The position numbers were made by a program, and so were the translations under genes. Shown piece after piece: positions 63,038-64,000 of a DNA stretch of 64,000 nt. Under the pieces are notes generated by a model. It was not told where the DNA came from. It saw only the letters and a list, made by a program, of their open reading frames with translations, and made no database searches. The stretch covers positions 42,290,401 through 42,354,400 of the forward strand of contig CM120641.1 of the NCBI GenBank assembly GCA_051362555.1, written 5' to 3'. Position 1 is the stretch's first letter, and each line of letters begins with the position of its first letter. The stretch is from Lingula anatina (lineage: Eukaryota > Animalia > Brachiopoda).

Positions 63038-63163
63038 TTAACGCCTGGCCTTCACACACTGCAATCTTTGTGTACTATACCGGCTTGAGACCACAAAGAG
63101 AAAGAAAAACTGACAGGTCTCTGATTTTTTTCAGATTCTCGTCGTTTTTCGTCGACTAGCACA

Positions 63164-63356
63164 ATGGCAGCGATGCAGTTTGAAAGTCGGATGTACCCAG
63201 ATATGGGCTCCCGACCCAAAAGGCTGCGACACGACTCGCAAAGGGGAAATACAGAGGCTTTTAGCATGGGTCAGAAATCCTTAGAGCTTCAAGGTGTTAT
63301 CCGGGTGCTGAAAAATTACAACGATTATGAAGGTGGAATAAACTGCAGTGTTTGTG
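63164..63356 (+). CDS. Probable first coding exon of an unidentified gene (continues beyond the window)
   Basis: ACAATGG Kozak context, 64 codons MAAMQFESRMYPDMGSRPKRLRHDSQ...GINCSVC, a G|GTGAGT donor, a basic RPKRLR NLS-like motif and a terminal CxxC. Family not recognised. Confidence 0.6.
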
Positions 63357-64000
63357 GTGAGTTTGGATAATTTTACACTTATTTTACTTTCATATTGTCA
63401 TATACGTGAAATTGGTTGTGGGTTAATTAGTCAAAGAACCGTAATTGCAATTTAGACGATGGCCATGTGTTTCGGACTTTAACTTGCTTTGTTTGTGCAC
63501 TGATCAAATCAGATTATCTCGCAGACGGGATAAAATCAAACCACTTAACCCAGATCACACAGTGCTAGGGTAGTGAATCAATAATATAGGCCATATTTTC
63601 TGGCTTAAATTACATCATTAGGTATTTAATTAGAATATTTTTTCTGACTCTGTGGGAAAACCACGAGGTCGATGAATATTCATGAGCGTGTTCCATACAA
63701 AACATATGCTGCTATAAATAGGAAGTAGGTCATGGAAACATCTGCCGCTTGTATTCAATTTAAGTTGGAAGCCTTATGGTTATATTGTTCGGTGAAAATG
63801 GCAGTAGGCCCTACATTGAAGACCAGTAAGTAATAGACAATAACTCACGGAGAAACAATTTAAATCTTTTTCTATAAAATTGATTAGCGCTTAAAGCACC
63901 GAAATAGTGATGAGGCTTACCCAACTTACTTTGACATATCCAGGAATTGATTTAGAGATATAAAGTCATTAGGTTATATATTTAAAGATGCGTTCATAAC

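Overview
AT-rich, intron-containing animal DNA, probably from a marine invertebrate (lophotrochozoan-like; inferred from the repeat types and gene families). It is not prokaryotic, so most short ORFs in the track are spurious or are exon fragments. (1) A + strand tandem array of two-exon TRIM-NHL E3 ligase genes (C3HC4 RING split by a phase-1 intron, two B-boxes, coiled coil, 6-bladed NHL propeller): four intact copies, one copy with a single nonsense codon, and one orphan RING exon. The propeller surface loops are hypervariable between copies while adjacent introns can be nearly identical. Three copies share an NF-kB site plus a CRE-like motif just upstream of the ATG. (2) A six-exon - strand gene, missed by the ORF track, encoding a secreted GH81-like endo-beta-1,3-glucanase N-terminus. 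TRIM copy 1 is nested antisense in its fourth intron, and a signal peptide + CBM14 chitin-binding exon pair lies just upstream in a compatible splice phase. (3) A 4.7-kb Helentron/HINE-like element carrying about 24 copies of a 146-bp satellite. (4) A seven-exon alpha-arrestin gene with PPxY and PSAP motifs. (5) The first exon of an unidentified gene with an E2F/CCAAT-type promoter. (6) Several TIR elements, MITEs, and LINE and Tc1/mariner remnants. All exon structures were derived by hand from splice consensus and frame continuity; there is no transcript evidence.
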